A stretch of DNA of 64,000 nucleotides. Source: an uncultured Chloroflexia bacterium (GTDB lineage Bacteria > Chloroflexota > Limnocylindria > Limnocylindrales > CSP1-4). Below are positions 39,184-49,873 of this stretch, piece after piece (the stretch's first letter is position 1; each line of letters begins with the position of its first letter). The stretch lies in assembly GCA_963813335.1 (NCBI GenBank), contig CAWEYL010000001.1, positions 864,001 through 928,000 on the forward strand, written 5' to 3'. The translations under genes and the position numbers were made by a program. The notes beneath the pieces were generated by a model. That model was not told the origin of the DNA. It ran no database searches and saw nothing but the letters and a program-made list of their open reading frames with translations.

Positions 39184-39733
39184 CTACCCGCTGCGGCGGC
39201 GGAAGGCGGAGGATAGCCACGATCGGCCGCCCGACCGCTTGGCCGCCCGCTGCGCTTGTTTGTCTTGTTCAGCGGCATCGTCCACCAAGCGCTCCCAGCC
39301 GGACGGGAGATCCGCCGAGGCGAACGCCTCCCGCCACATGCGCACCCGTGCCCGGTCATCCTCGGCCATGACGTACGCGTGCATCGCGTCCCCCTCCTGT
39401 GCTCCGGCGCAGAAGCCGCTGTCGAATCCGGCGGAACTCGGCGCTGAACGCTGCGAGGTAGGCACTCGCGGCATCGACGAAGGCGTCCGGTGACGCCACA
39501 GGTCCCGAGAGCGCGCCGATGCGAAAGCCGGCGAGGACCCCTAGGGCGGCATCGAAGGTCTCGTCCCATCCCCAGTCGCCGGCGTGGAATAGCGCGTTCG
39601 CCAGGCGCAGACCCGGCCACGGCCGCGCGGCTTTCGACTGCGAGGCAAGCACCGCCATGTAGACCATATGGGCCGCCCTGGCCTCGACGCGTGCCTGCTC
39701 TTCGGTGGGCACTCTGGAATGCACTCCGGACAT
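39184..39733 (-). CDS. Hypothetical protein (frame break near 39435)
   Basis: Track ORFs 39356-39823 and 39184-39474 join into one helical protein; no family recognised. Confidence 0.4.
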
Positions 39734-39928
39734 GGACGGTGCGCCCAAGTTATCCCTCGTTGGAGATCGTGTTGTTGGATATCGTGTTGGAGATTGATGC
39801 CTTGCCGATCGCGGCGAAGTCAACCGAAGGTACGGTCCGGATCGTCACGGATGGGTGACATGATCCCCCCGAGGTCCCGGCCTCCTCCGACGAGGTATCT
39901 GTCACGTAACTCGCGCTACGCTCGCCCA

Positions 39929-40183
39929 ATGGCACGACGGGGCGCCTCCGTGGAACGACGACGCGCCGCCGCGATACAGGGTGGCCAGCGGATGATCGCG
40001 ACCGGGGTCCGGCCGCTGTATCGGGTCACGATCGCGCAGGACGGCTCGTGGGCGGTCGAAGGGTGCCCGTGGCTCTCCGGTAAGGCGACGAGCCGCCACG
40101 AGGCGCTGGCGACTGCACGCGCGGCCGTGGCCGCGATGCTCGAGGTCGACGAGGATCGGTTCGACGCGGAGCCCGCAGGCTAG
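39929..40183 (+). CDS. Small HicB-like (partial RNase H fold) protein
   Basis: YRVTIAQDGSWAVEGCP.....ATSRHEALATARAAVAAML resembles the HicB N-domain; TACGCT 6 nt before ATG. Confidence 0.5.
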   Translation: MARRGASVERRRAAAIQGGQRMIATGVRPLYRVTIAQDGSWAVEGCPWLSGKATSRHEALATARAAVAAMLEVDEDRFDAEPAG

Positions 40184-40231
40184 GCAGGTCCGCGTGAGGA
40201 CAGCGTTGCGCTGAGCCAGTCGTATCCTTCG

Positions 40232-41390
40232 TTGTGGCGTCGACTCAAGGGAAGGTCACCGGAGGCGGGCCATGGGTTTCCTGCGACGGTTTCGGGGGAA
40301 GCAGAACGCGAGCATTCCGGCGGTCACCGAGGGAGAGATTCCACTCTCCTCGGCGGCTCGGAGGACCTCGAGGTCGTCGGCGAGTCGTACTACCAGGACG
40401 CCCTTCGATCGCTAGCAGGGGCGCCGGCCGGTCGGGTTCGCGCCCACGTGACCGCCGTCCTCGTACCTGAGACCGACAACTCATACGACGCGAACGCGAT
40501 CACCGTCGCGGTTCAGGGAATGCGTGTCGGCCGGCTGTCACGGGAGACGGCCGCGATGATGCGGCCTGGGCTGATGTTCCTTGAGCAGAAGCTGGGCACT
40601 CGGGTGGCACTCGCCGGGGTGATAGCTGGCGGCGGGCCATACGACACCCTTGGGATCTTCCTGAACTACAACCCAGCGGATTTCGGGCTGGAGGTAGTGT
40701 CGGACCGGCTGCCGTCCATCAAGCTGATGGTTCGATGCGAACGGGCTTCGGCGCAGCCATCGACCGCGACGCCGCTGACGAGAGGTATGACCTCGGGTGG
40801 GTCTCGGAGCTGCCGGCGGATCCGGCCGGGATCTTGGACTTCGTCTCGGCGCGTCTCGAGACCGAAACAGTATCCCGCTCAGCGCCACTTCCTGTGGACG
40901 CAGGCCGAGGAGAGCGTCTACCGGCTGCGAGACTCTCCGGGAGCCCTTGATCTCTTCGATCAGGCGTGCGGCGAACACGACAGCGAGATGTCCACGATAT
41001 CACCAGCGCTCATTGACGTATTCGGCGGGCTGCCACTGCTTGAGGTGTACAAGCAGGCATCGATCCGTCATCAGAAGGCCCACGATTGGGAGCGAGCGGA
41101 TTGGTGGGCGCGCCGGGGCCTGGAGGTCTATGGCGCCAGCGCACTTGACCCAGCCAACGTCAGCGACCTCAGCGAGCGAGTCGCGAAGATCGCTGCACGA
41201 GTCGACCGAGAGCAGCACGCCGTCGCGCGGACGCCGCCGCGCGCGGCGGGGCAGCATCAGCGCACCGTCGACGTACACACAGGTGCTCACCTGCACGGAG
41301 TGCGGGGTCGTCTGGGAACGGCCGCCAGTTCGCGGGCGCCCCCCGAAGTCGTGCCCGACCTGCCAAGCGACCGCCTCGACGCCAACGTAA
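40232..41390 (+). CDS. HIRAN-domain protein with helical-repeat region and C-terminal zinc ribbon (frame breaks near 40720, 40870, 41250)
   Basis: EVVGESYYQDAL...LVPE.DN.YD.NAI.V...G..VG.L.R HIRAN motif; helical segment; CTECG...RGRPPKSCPTC. Confidence 0.75.
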
Positions 41391-42190
41391 GCACGGTTAC
41401 GCTCAGAGCAAAGCACGCTTTCGCGCCGCCCGCCGACCGAGTCGCCGCGGCTCCGCCCGTGCCCGCTCCGGATAGGTCGCCCAGTCGGCCAGGGCAGCCG
41501 CGCAGGCCGCGCGAAGCTCGCCGGTCGGCTCGCGGCTGCCGCGCCACCTTTCGACCGAGCGGTCGCGAGTCGCCGCGGCACGAATCGACAGTCTGTTGAA
41601 GCGGCGCGATGCTACGGATGACAACGTCGGACCCCGTGCAAGTGGTTGGCTAGCTCTTGGAGACGACTCCATGGCCGTGTTCAGAGACCTGAGCCTCTCA
41701 CTAGATGTCGCCGACTTTGACGGCGAGTGGGTGCTCGTCGGCGCCGAGGAGCGCTTGTTCATTCGCGACGTCCATGTATTGAATGCCACTAGGATCACGG
41801 CCGCCGAAACGACAGTGACCGTCGCCGACGCTCAATTCGTCAATCTGCCTGGCGTCGTGATCTCCCGTGAGGATGTTAATCGGCTATACACGCGGCTTGA
41901 TCTAGCCTTGACGTCCCTCGCCCGATCAAATTCGCGATGGACCTTTAGGGAGGGGATCCTTTCGGAGCGTCTCCAGTGTGTTCGCGACAGTCTCTTCATT
42001 CCGGGGCATTTTCAGCGGGATCCCCGTTTCAGCGACGACCACGCAACAGGCGGAAGGGCCATGCCCAGGTCGTCGAGCGGCGGTCGGTCTGCATGGGATT
42101 TCCCGTCAGGCTTGCCTGGCCTAGGCAGGGCGTCGCTGACGCGCCGTCCCAGCCCTTGGCGCGCAGCAACTGCGGTCAGCAACTGCGGTC

Positions 42191-42222
42191 AGGCCCCGGT
42201 CCGCTCGACGCGGCCGGGGCCT
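42191..42222. terminator. Hairpin immediately downstream of tRNA-Pro
   Basis: AGGCCCCGG / CCGGGGCCT inverted repeat. Confidence 0.5.
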
Positions 42223-42237
42223 CTTCACGCTCGGAGA

Positions 42238-42314
42238 TGGTCGGGGCGGCCGGATTCGAACCGACGACCACCAGTCCCCCAGACTGGTGCGCTACCAGAC
42301 TGCGCCACGCCCCG
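42238..42314 (-). tRNA. tRNA-Pro(GGG)
   Basis: Minus strand CGGGGCGTGGCGCAGTCTGGTAGCGCACCAGTCT-GGG-GGACTGGTGGTCGTCGGTTCGAATCCGGCCGCCCCGACCA. Confidence 0.96.
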
Positions 42315-42353
42315 ACAGGGGTCGAAGTCTAGCACCCGACCGCGCGGACGCCC

Positions 42354-43406
42354 CTACCCCGCCGTGCGGCCCTCGCGGGCCAGCCAGCGCTCGCGTCGGC
42401 GAGCTCGTCCTTCGACTCGCGGGCGAGCAGGTCGACCAGGCAGCGCTGCACGCTCTTGCCCTCGAACAGCGCGCGCTCGACCTCGCGGGCGATCGGCATC
42501 TCGACGCCGTAGCGGTCGGCCAGCGCGAGCGCGGCCTGGACCGTGTAGGCGCCCTCGGCCGTGCCCGGCAGCGTGGCCTCGATCTCGGCCCAGGTCCGGC
42601 CCTTGGCCAGCTCCTCGCCCAGCCGGTGGTTGCGCGACAGCGCGCGAGCCGCACGTGGCGATGAGGTCGCCCATCCCGGCCAGGCCCGCGAACGTCAGCG
42701 GGTTGGCGCCGGCCGCGATCCCGAGCCGCGTCATCTCGGCGAGGCCGCGGGTCAGCAGCCCGGCCTTGCCGTTGTCGCCGAAGCCGAGCCCGTCGGCGGC
42801 GCCGGCCGCGATGGCGACGATGTTCTTGAGCGCGCCCGCACAGCTCGACGCCGAGGATGTCCTCGTTGACGTAGAGCCGGAAGCGCCGCCGCGCGAGCCG
42901 CGCGACGATCCGCTCGCGCGAGCTCGAGGTCCGGCGAGCCGCGACCACGGCCGACGTCGGCAGGTTGCGCGCGACCTCGGCGGCGAGGTTCGGCCCCGAC
43001 AGCGCCGCGATCCGCACGGGCGGCAGCCCGCTCGCCTCGGCGATCACCTCGCTCATCCGGAGCAGCGTGCCGCCCTCGAGCCCCTTGACCACCGACACCA
43101 TCGCCGCGGAGCCCGACAGGTACGGGGCGCACACGCTCGGTGGTGGCCCGCAGGTGGGCCGATGGCGCCGCGAACACGACCAGGTCGGTGGCCGCGGCCA
43201 GCGACTCGGGATCCGCGGTCGCGATCGACGGTCTTCGGCAGGTCCACGCCGGGCAGCCGCGCCTCGTTGCGGCCCGTCTCGCGGATCCGTGCCGCCGTCT
43301 CCGGGGAGTGGCACAGGAGCGTGACCGGCTCGACCCGGGCGACGAGCCGGGCGAGCGTCGTCCCCCACGCGCCGGCGCCGATGACCGCGACGCTCGGGGC
43401 GGCCAT
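42354..43406 (-). CDS. gpsA: NAD(P)H-dependent glycerol-3-phosphate dehydrogenase (multiple frame breaks; end approximate)
   Basis: GAGAWGT, KGLE, SGPNLA.EV, D..GVE, GLAG.GDL..TC and AEG..T motifs. Confidence 0.9.
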
Positions 43407-45029
43407 CAGGAGCGGCGGGTCTTCGCTTTGCCGGCGCGTCCGTCGTGCCGGCTTCGCGCCCGCGGCCGCGCCGGCCTTCTTGCGGCGGGGCAGCTTGACC
43501 GAGGCCCGGTCGCGGAAGACCAGCTTGATCGGCGTGCCGTCGAAGCCGAAGGTCTCGCGCAGCCGGTTCTCGAGATAGCGGCGGTAGCTGAAGTGGACCG
43601 CCGACGCGTCCGAGGCGAAGAACACGAACGTCGGCGGCGCCACCGCGGCCTGGGTCGCGTAGAAGAGCTTCGGGCGGCGGCCGCGGACCGGCGGCGGCGG
43701 CGTCCGCTCGGTCGAGGCGGCCAGCATGCGGTTGAGCTCGCCGGTCCCGATCCGGCGGCGCCGCTCGGCCCAGATGTCGACCGCCGCCTCCAGCACCCGC
43801 CCGACCCGCTGGCCGGTCTTGGCGCTGATCGAGAGGATCGGGGCGAAGTCGAGGAACGGCACCTCGTTGCGGATCCACTCCACGTACTGGTCGAAGGTGC
43901 GGTCGGTCTTCTCGGTCAGGAGGTCCCACTTGTTGACCGCGATGACCAGGCCCTTGCCCTCCTCGACCACGTAGCCGGCGACGTGCGCGTCCTGGGCGGT
44001 GAGCCCCTCGACGGCATCGATGACGAGCACCGCGACGTCGGCGCGCGACAGCGCCTTGAGCGCGCGCAGGGTCGAGTACTTCTCGGCGGCGGGCCCCGAC
44101 GCGACCTTGCCGCGCCGGCGGATCCCGGCGGTGTCGATGAGGACGACCTCGCTGCGGCCCCAGGCCAGGCGCGTGTCGATCGCGTCGCGGGTCGTCCCGG
44201 GCACCTCGGACACGATCGAGCGCTCCTCGCCGAGGAGCGCGTTGAGCAGGCTCGACTTGCCGACGTTGGGCCGGCCGACGAAGGCGATCGCGGCGGGCTC
44301 GGCATCCTCGGCGGCCATCGCGGCGTCCCAGTTCGCCGCCTCGGGATCGATCGCGGCGAGGTCGATGTCGGGCTCCTCGTCGTCGCCGTCGGCCGCCGTC
44401 GCGCGTCCGGCTCGTCGCCCGACGACGAAGGGCTCGAGGCGACCCGCGGCGACCTCGTCGGCCCACGCCTCGGCATCGGCCTCGCGCGTCTTGCGCGCGA
44501 GCTCGCGCTCGCTCTCGGGCGGCAGCGACCAGACGATGGCGTCGAGCAGGTCCCCGGTCCCGCGGCCGTGCGCGGCGGAGATCGCGTAGGTCTCGTCCCA
44601 GCCCATGGCGTGGAACTCGGCGCCCTCGAGCTCGCGCTTCTCGTTGTCGGCCTTGTTGACCGCCACGATGACCGGCGCCTTGGCCCGCCGCAGGATGTTC
44701 GCGGCCTCGCTGTCCGAGGCGGTCATCCCGGTCGAGGCATCCACCACGAAGACGATGACGTCGGCCTCGGCGATGGCCAGCCGGGCCTGCTCCTGGACGC
44801 GGGCCTCGATGGGGTCGTCCGGGTCGAGCTCGAGGCCGCCGGTGTCGACGATCACGAAGCGCCGGTCGTTCCACTCGGCGTCGCCGTAGAGGCGGTCACG
44901 GGTCGTCCGGGCGCGGTCCTCCACGATGGCCGTGCGCCCGCCGACGATCCGGTTGAAGAGCGTGCTCTTGCCGACGTTGGGACGCCCGACGATGGCGACG
45001 ACCGGGAGCCCGTCCGTGCTGCCGGCCAC
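43406..45029 (-). CDS. der: Ribosome biogenesis GTPase Der (frame break near the C-terminus)
   Basis: Two GRPNVGKS G-domains, DTGG/DTAG, NKAD/NKWD and KH-like tail FGF.GTPI; TGATG overlap with gpsA. Confidence 0.96.
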
Positions 45030-45032
45030 GGG

Positions 45033-46011
45033 TCAGGCGGCGCCGGGTGTGGCGATCCGGCCCGGGGTCGGGAGCGAGGTGGTCCGGCCGGCCGGCGTGG
45101 CGGCCCCGGCGAGGGCGGCGTCGGCGAGGCGCGCGGCGTCGGCCGCCACCTCGGGCGTGCCGGCGTTCGCGTAGGATCCAGCGCACGACGTCGCGCAGGT
45201 CCTCGATCGGGGTGGACGTGCCGCCGGTGACGCCGACGACGCGCGCGTCCGCGAAGACGGACGGGTCGGTCAGGTCGGCGACGCCCTGGATCTGGATCGC
45301 GCGCGTCCCGACGATCTCGCACAGGCGCGTCAGCTCCTTGGTGTTGGCGCTGGACCGGCCGCCGACGACGACCATCAGGTCCACGTCGCGGGCCAGCTCG
45401 ACCGTGTCCTCCTGGCGGCGGATCGTGACCGGGCAGACCGTGTTGACGATCTTGAGCTCGTGCGAGCGCGAGACCATCAGCGCGGCCAGCTTCTCGAACT
45501 TCCAGGGCGGCTGGGTCGACTGGCTGATGAGCGCGAGCTTCTTGCGCCGCGGGATCGCGGCGTCCCACTCGGGCTCCTCGTCGACGACGATGACGTCCGG
45601 GGCGAAGCCGAGCAGGCCGACGACCTCGGGGTGGTTGGGCGTGCCGAGGAGCACGATCGTGTAGCCCTCGTCGACCAGCTTGCGCAGCTCGCGCTGCTCG
45701 GCGATCACCCAGGTGCAGGTCCCGTCGATGACCTCGAGGCCGCGCGCCTCGGCGCGGGCCAGCACGTCCGGTCGGACGCCGTGGGCGCGGATGACGACCG
45801 CGGCGCCGTGGTCGACGTCGTCGAGCGCCTCGACGGTCTCGATGCCGAGGTCCTGGAGCTCGCGGACCACGCCGTCGTTGTGGACGACCTGGCCGAGCGT
45901 GTGCGTCGACTTGCCGGCCGCGGCCGACTCCTTCGCCTTGTCGATCGCCTCGCGAACGCCGTAGCAGAAGCCGGTGCGCTTGGCGATGCGGACGTCCTGC
46001 ACGGTTCCCAT
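45033..46011 (-). CDS. ispH: 4-hydroxy-3-methylbut-2-enyl diphosphate reductase (frame break near 45175)
   Basis: GFCYGV..A, VVHN, RAHG, TC, HPEV, TVC..T..RQ, SSANT and G.TGGTSTP motifs. Confidence 0.94.
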
Positions 46012-46018
46012 GGACCGA

Positions 46019-46783
46019 TTATCGCACGGGGTCCCCGTTCGACCCCCCGTACACGCCCCGCTGGGCCGGCGGCAGCAGCGCGGCGATGCGCCGCATGATC
46101 ACGTCCGTGGCCAGGCCCTTGGCGGTCTTGCGGTCCGTGTCCGGCGGCAGGACGTCGGCCAGGCGGAACGCCTCGCCCACCCGCACCGTGACCTTGCCAC
46201 CCGGGTGCGGCAGCTTCTGGCCGCGCGGCCAGACCCCGTTCGAGCCCGAGACGCCGATCGGCACGATCGCCGCTCCGGTGCGCAGTGCGAGCACCGCCAC
46301 CCCGTCGCGCGCCTCCTGGAGCGCGCCGTCGGCGCTCCGGGTGCCCTCGGGGAAGACGAACAGGACGTGGCCCTCGTCGAGGATCCGCTTGGCCAGGCGG
46401 AACGCCTCGACGTCCGCGGCGCCGCGGTCGACCGGATGGACCCCGCCGTGGCGCGCCACGTAGCCGACGACCGGCCAGTCGAACAGCTCCTTCTTGCCGA
46501 GCCAGTGCATCCGCCGGCCGAGCGCGGGCGTCAGCCACGCCCCGAGCACGACCGGGTCGAAGTTGGACGCGTGGTTGGCCGCGATGATCACCGGCCCCTC
46601 GCGCGGGATCGCGGCCAGGTCGCCCTCGATGTGGATCCGCGACATCCCGCGGGCGAAGATCCGGGCGCCGAATGCGACCGTCGCGATCAGCGGCGTGATC
46701 GAGCTCTCGAGCGGGGCCGGCGCGGCGGGTGGCGTCGGCAGGGCGCTCGGCGCTGCCGGGGTCGACTCGTCCAGCTCGGTCAT
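46019..46783 (-). CDS. plsC: 1-acyl-sn-glycerol-3-phosphate acyltransferase
   Basis: NHASNFD and FPEGTRS motifs. Confidence 0.9.
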   Translation of the reverse strand: MTELDESTPAAPSALPTPPAAPAPLESSITPLIATVAFGARIFARGMSRIHIEGDLAAIPREGPVIIAANHASNFDPVVLGAWLTPALGRRMHWLGKKELFDWPVVGYVARHGGVHPVDRGAADVEAFRLAKRILDEGHVLFVFPEGTRSADGALQEARDGVAVLALRTGAAIVPIGVSGSNGVWPRGQKLPHPGGKVTVRVGEAFRLADVLPPDTDRKTAKGLATDVIMRRIAALLPPAQRGVYGGSNGDPVR

Positions 46784-47458
46784 CGGCGCGCCGCCGCGTC
46801 ACGGATCGCGTTGACGACCGCGGCGACCGTGTCCTCGAAGCGGTTGCCGTCGGTCGAGATGATGCGGGCGTCCTCGGCCGGCCGGAGCGGCGCGATCGGG
46901 CGACTCTTGTCGAGCTCGTCGCGGCGGCGCAGGGCCGTCAGGATCGCCTCGGCGTCGGCCCCCGCCGGGTCGAGGCCGCGCTCCCGTGTCCGCCGGCGGG
47001 CCCGCTCCTCGACCGACGCGTCGAGGAACAGCTTGAGGTCCGCGTCGGGCAGCACGACCGTCCCGATGTCGCGGCCGGCCATGATGATCGCGCCGTCCCG
47101 GGCGATCGCGCGCTGCCGCGCCAGGAGCGCCGCGCGGACCTCGGGGACCGCGGACACGGCGGACACGGCCGCGTCCACCGCCGGCCCGCGGACTTCGTCC
47201 GTGTGGTCGACGCCATCGACGAGGACCCGCGACAGGCGGCCCTCGGCGTCGGGCGAGAGGAAGACCTCGTCGACCAGGGCGCTCAGGTCCACTGGGTCGT
47301 CGACCTCCACGCCGCGGTCCTCGGCCAGCCAGGTCACGGCGCGGTAGAGCAGGCCGGTGTCGCAGAAGCGGTAGCCGAGCGCGCTGCGCCGCGGCGGCCC
47401 CCACGCTGCTCTTGCCCGACGAGCCCGGCCCGTCGAGCGCGACGATCAATCCGTCCAT
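46780..47458 (-). CDS. cmk: Cytidylate kinase (frame break near 47380)
   Basis: ALDGPGSSGKSS, DTG..YRA and GRDIGTVVLPDA.LK.FL.AS.EERA.RR motifs. Confidence 0.94.
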
Positions 47459-47475
47459 GGCGGCAGGATAGGCGG

Positions 47476-48306
47476 TCAGCGTCCGGCGGCAGCAGGCGGC
47501 TTCGCGGGCCGGGCGCCCGTCGCTGGTCGCCGGCTGCTCCCGCCGCCGCCCGCCAGGCCGCGGATCTCGGGCGCCTTCAGCGGCCGCACGGAGCCGCTAT
47601 GGAGACCGTCGATGCGGACCGGGCCGATGCGCACCCGGACCAGCCGCTCGACCGGCGCCCCGACCGCGCCGAACATCCGGCGCAGCTGGCGCTTCCAGCC
47701 CTGCGCGAGTGTCGCCCGGTACCAATGCAGCTCCGGCGGCGCGGGGCGGATCAGCTCCACGAGCCGGGTGGTCTCGAAGCCGCTCATCGCCCGCAGGTTG
47801 GTGACCTCGGCGAGGCCCTCCTCGAGCGGGATCCCGGCCCGCAGGGCCGCCACCTGGTCGCCGTCCAGCGGCGTCCGCAGACCCAGCGCGTATTCGCGCT
47901 CGACGCCGAACCGCGGGTGGAGGACCCGCTCCGACCAGTCGCCGTCATTGGTCAGCAGCAGCATCCCCTCGGAATCCTGGTCGAGCCGGCCGACCGGGTA
48001 CAGCCGCGCGCCCTCCGGGACGAGTGCCGTCGGCAGCAGGTCGAGCACGGTCCGCGGCGCGTGCTTGTCGCGGACGGTCGAGGCGACGCCCATCGGCTTG
48101 TGGAGCAGCAGGTACGCGAGCACGCCAGCACCGCCGATGACCCGCCCGTCGACGGCGATGATCGAGCGTTCCGGGTCGGCCTGGTCGCCGACCCTGGCGA
48201 CCTTGCCGTCGACCGTGACGCGGCCCTCCGCGATGAGCGCCTCGCTCGCGCGGCGGGACGCCACGCCGGCCGACGCCAGGACCTTCTGGAGCCGCTCGGC
48301 CGGCAT
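47476..48306 (-). CDS. rluB: 23S rRNA pseudouridine synthase (RluB/RsuA family)
   Basis: S4 domain ERLQKVLA.AGVASRR; VGRLD.DSEG.LLLTNDG. Confidence 0.9.
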   Translation of the reverse strand: MPAERLQKVLASAGVASRRASEALIAEGRVTVDGKVARVGDQADPERSIIAVDGRVIGGAGVLAYLLLHKPMGVASTVRDKHAPRTVLDLLPTALVPEGARLYPVGRLDQDSEGMLLLTNDGDWSERVLHPRFGVEREYALGLRTPLDGDQVAALRAGIPLEEGLAEVTNLRAMSGFETTRLVELIRPAPPELHWYRATLAQGWKRQLRRMFGAVGAPVERLVRVRIGPVRIDGLHSGSVRPLKAPEIRGLAGGGGSSRRPATGARPAKPPAAAGR

Positions 48307-49010
48307 CAGCCGGGGTCGTCGGTCGCGGCGATCGCGTCGTCGAGGGTGAGGCTGTCGGCCTCGGGCGGCCGCGGTGGCGGCTCCGCGCCCTCCTCGGCGA
48401 GGCGGGCCGCGACGTCCGCCTCGAGGGGCGGCAGCTCCTCAAGACTGGTCAGCCCGAACCGCTCGAGGAAGTCGAACCCGGTGCCGTACAGGAACGGGCG
48501 GCCCGGCGCATCGGAGCGGCCGAGCTCGGCGATGAGCCGGCGGTGCAGCAGCGACCTGATCGTGTAGTCGGAGTCCACGCCGCGGATCCGCTCGACCGCG
48601 GCCTTCGTCACCGGCTGGCGGTAGGCGACGATCGCCAGCGTCTCGAGCGAGGCCGTCGAGAGGCGGACGGCGTCGGCGCCGACGTAGCGGGCGACCAGCG
48701 CCCCGGCCTCGGGCGACGTCGCCAGCTCGACGCGGTCGCCGTCGACCAGCAGGCGGATCCCGCGGGCACGGAGCGAGACCTCGAGGTCGCCGAGGCGCGC
48801 GTCCACGGTCTCGCGGTCGGTCACCGCGAGGGCCGCGATCTCGCGGCGCGTGAGCGGTCGCTCGGCCACGAACAACAGCGCCTCGAGCGCGGTCTCGGTC
48901 AGCTCGATCGGCGTCGGGACGGCCTCCTCGGGGACGCCGGCGGCCGCAGCGAGCCGGTCGATCGCGGCCTGGTCCTCGATCGCGATCTCGCGGGTCTCGT
49001 CGTCGATCAC
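48306..49010 (-). CDS. scpB: SMC-Scp complex subunit ScpB
   Basis: LEALLF, LS.ASLETLAIVAYRQPVT...E.IRGV and GRP.LYGT motifs. Confidence 0.94.
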   Translation of the reverse strand: MIDDETREIAIEDQAAIDRLAAAAGVPEEAVPTPIELTETALEALLFVAERPLTRREIAALAVTDRETVDARLGDLEVSLRARGIRLLVDGDRVELATSPEAGALVARYVGADAVRLSTASLETLAIVAYRQPVTKAAVERIRGVDSDYTIRSLLHRRLIAELGRSDAPGRPFLYGTGFDFLERFGLTSLEELPPLEADVAARLAEEGAEPPPRPPEADSLTLDDAIAATDDPG

Positions 49011-49873
49011 GCGAACGACTCCAGCGACTCGTCCAGCGGGGCGTCGACGGCATCCTCGGTCACGCCGGCCTCGGCGCGCTCCTTTGCCGTCGTCGCTCGG
49101 GCCACGATCGGGCCCCACGGGGCCGCCTGGGTGACCACGATCTCGCGCCGCTTCATCAGCTCGAGGAGGGCCAGGAAGGTGACCGCGATGACCGTCCGGT
49201 CCCGGACGCCGTTCAGCAGGTCCTGGAGCACCACCGTCGGCGCGTCACGCAGGGCGGCCCGGATGATGTCCGCGCGCTCGGTCAGCGTGATGACCCGCGG
49301 CACGACCTCGGGCGGGAGCTCCACCACCGGCGCCAGGACCACGAGGCGGTCGAGCACCTGGGCGAGCCGCCACGGGTCGATGGTCGGGGCGTCGGACGGC
49401 CGGGCACCGGCGAGCGCGGCCGCATAGGCCGCCGACGGCTCGCGCCGGAACAGCCCGATGCGGCGCGTGGCGCCCTCCATCAGGCGCAGCCCCGCGTCGC
49501 GGTGGGCGCGGTAGAGGATCAGCCGGGCGCGCAGCTCGGCCTCGGGGTCGGGCGCCTCGTCGCCGGCCGTGCCCGCCTCGAGCGCCGGCGGTCGCGGCAG
49601 CATCGCGCGGCTCTTGATCAGGATCAGCTGGCCGGCGATCGCGACGAACGAGCTGACGTTGCCGAGCCGGTCGGCCTCGAGGCCCGCCAGCGCGTCCAGG
49701 TACGCGTCGGCGAGCGCCCCGAGGGGCACCGTCAGCACGTCGAGGCGGCGCGCCTCGATGAGCGAGAGCAGCAGGCCCAGCGGCCCCTCGAACTCCGCGA
49801 CCTGGACGTGGGTGGCCGCCTCGGCCCGCCGGCCCTCCGCGATGCGCACGGCCATGACCGGCGTCCCGACCAT
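49007..49873 (-). CDS. scpA: Segregation and condensation protein ScpA
   Basis: FEGPL.LLL.LI, LI.IKSR.MLP and TFLALLEL motifs. Confidence 0.93.
   Translation of the reverse strand: MVGTPVMAVRIAEGRRAEAATHVQVAEFEGPLGLLLSLIEARRLDVLTVPLGALADAYLDALAGLEADRLGNVSSFVAIAGQLILIKSRAMLPRPPALEAGTAGDEAPDPEAELRARLILYRAHRDAGLRLMEGATRRIGLFRREPSAAYAAALAGARPSDAPTIDPWRLAQVLDRLVVLAPVVELPPEVVPRVITLTERADIIRAALRDAPTVVLQDLLNGVRDRTVIAVTFLALLELMKRREIVVTQAAPWGPIVARATTAKERAEAGVTEDAVDAPLDESLESFA

Larger units (their letters stand above)
36676..42282. mobile_element. tRNA-Pro-integrated genomic island, no integrase detected
   Basis: Flanking 50-bp direct repeats; visibly lower GC and different codon usage; accessory cargo genes. 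Confidence 0.85.

Noticed and set aside
39750-39810. ISNTISNNTISN low-complexity peptide suggesting a beta-helix gene
   Set aside because: Only a short fragment with no supportable start or length.
41434-41579. 13-bp direct repeat GAGTCGCCGCGGC (41439, 41567) with an internal GC inverted repeat
   Set aside because: Short and very GC-rich; cannot be distinguished from chance without statistics.
43053-45029. Der-GpsA fusion
   Set aside because: A TGATG stop/start overlap exists at 43404-43408; the fusion depends on one indel.
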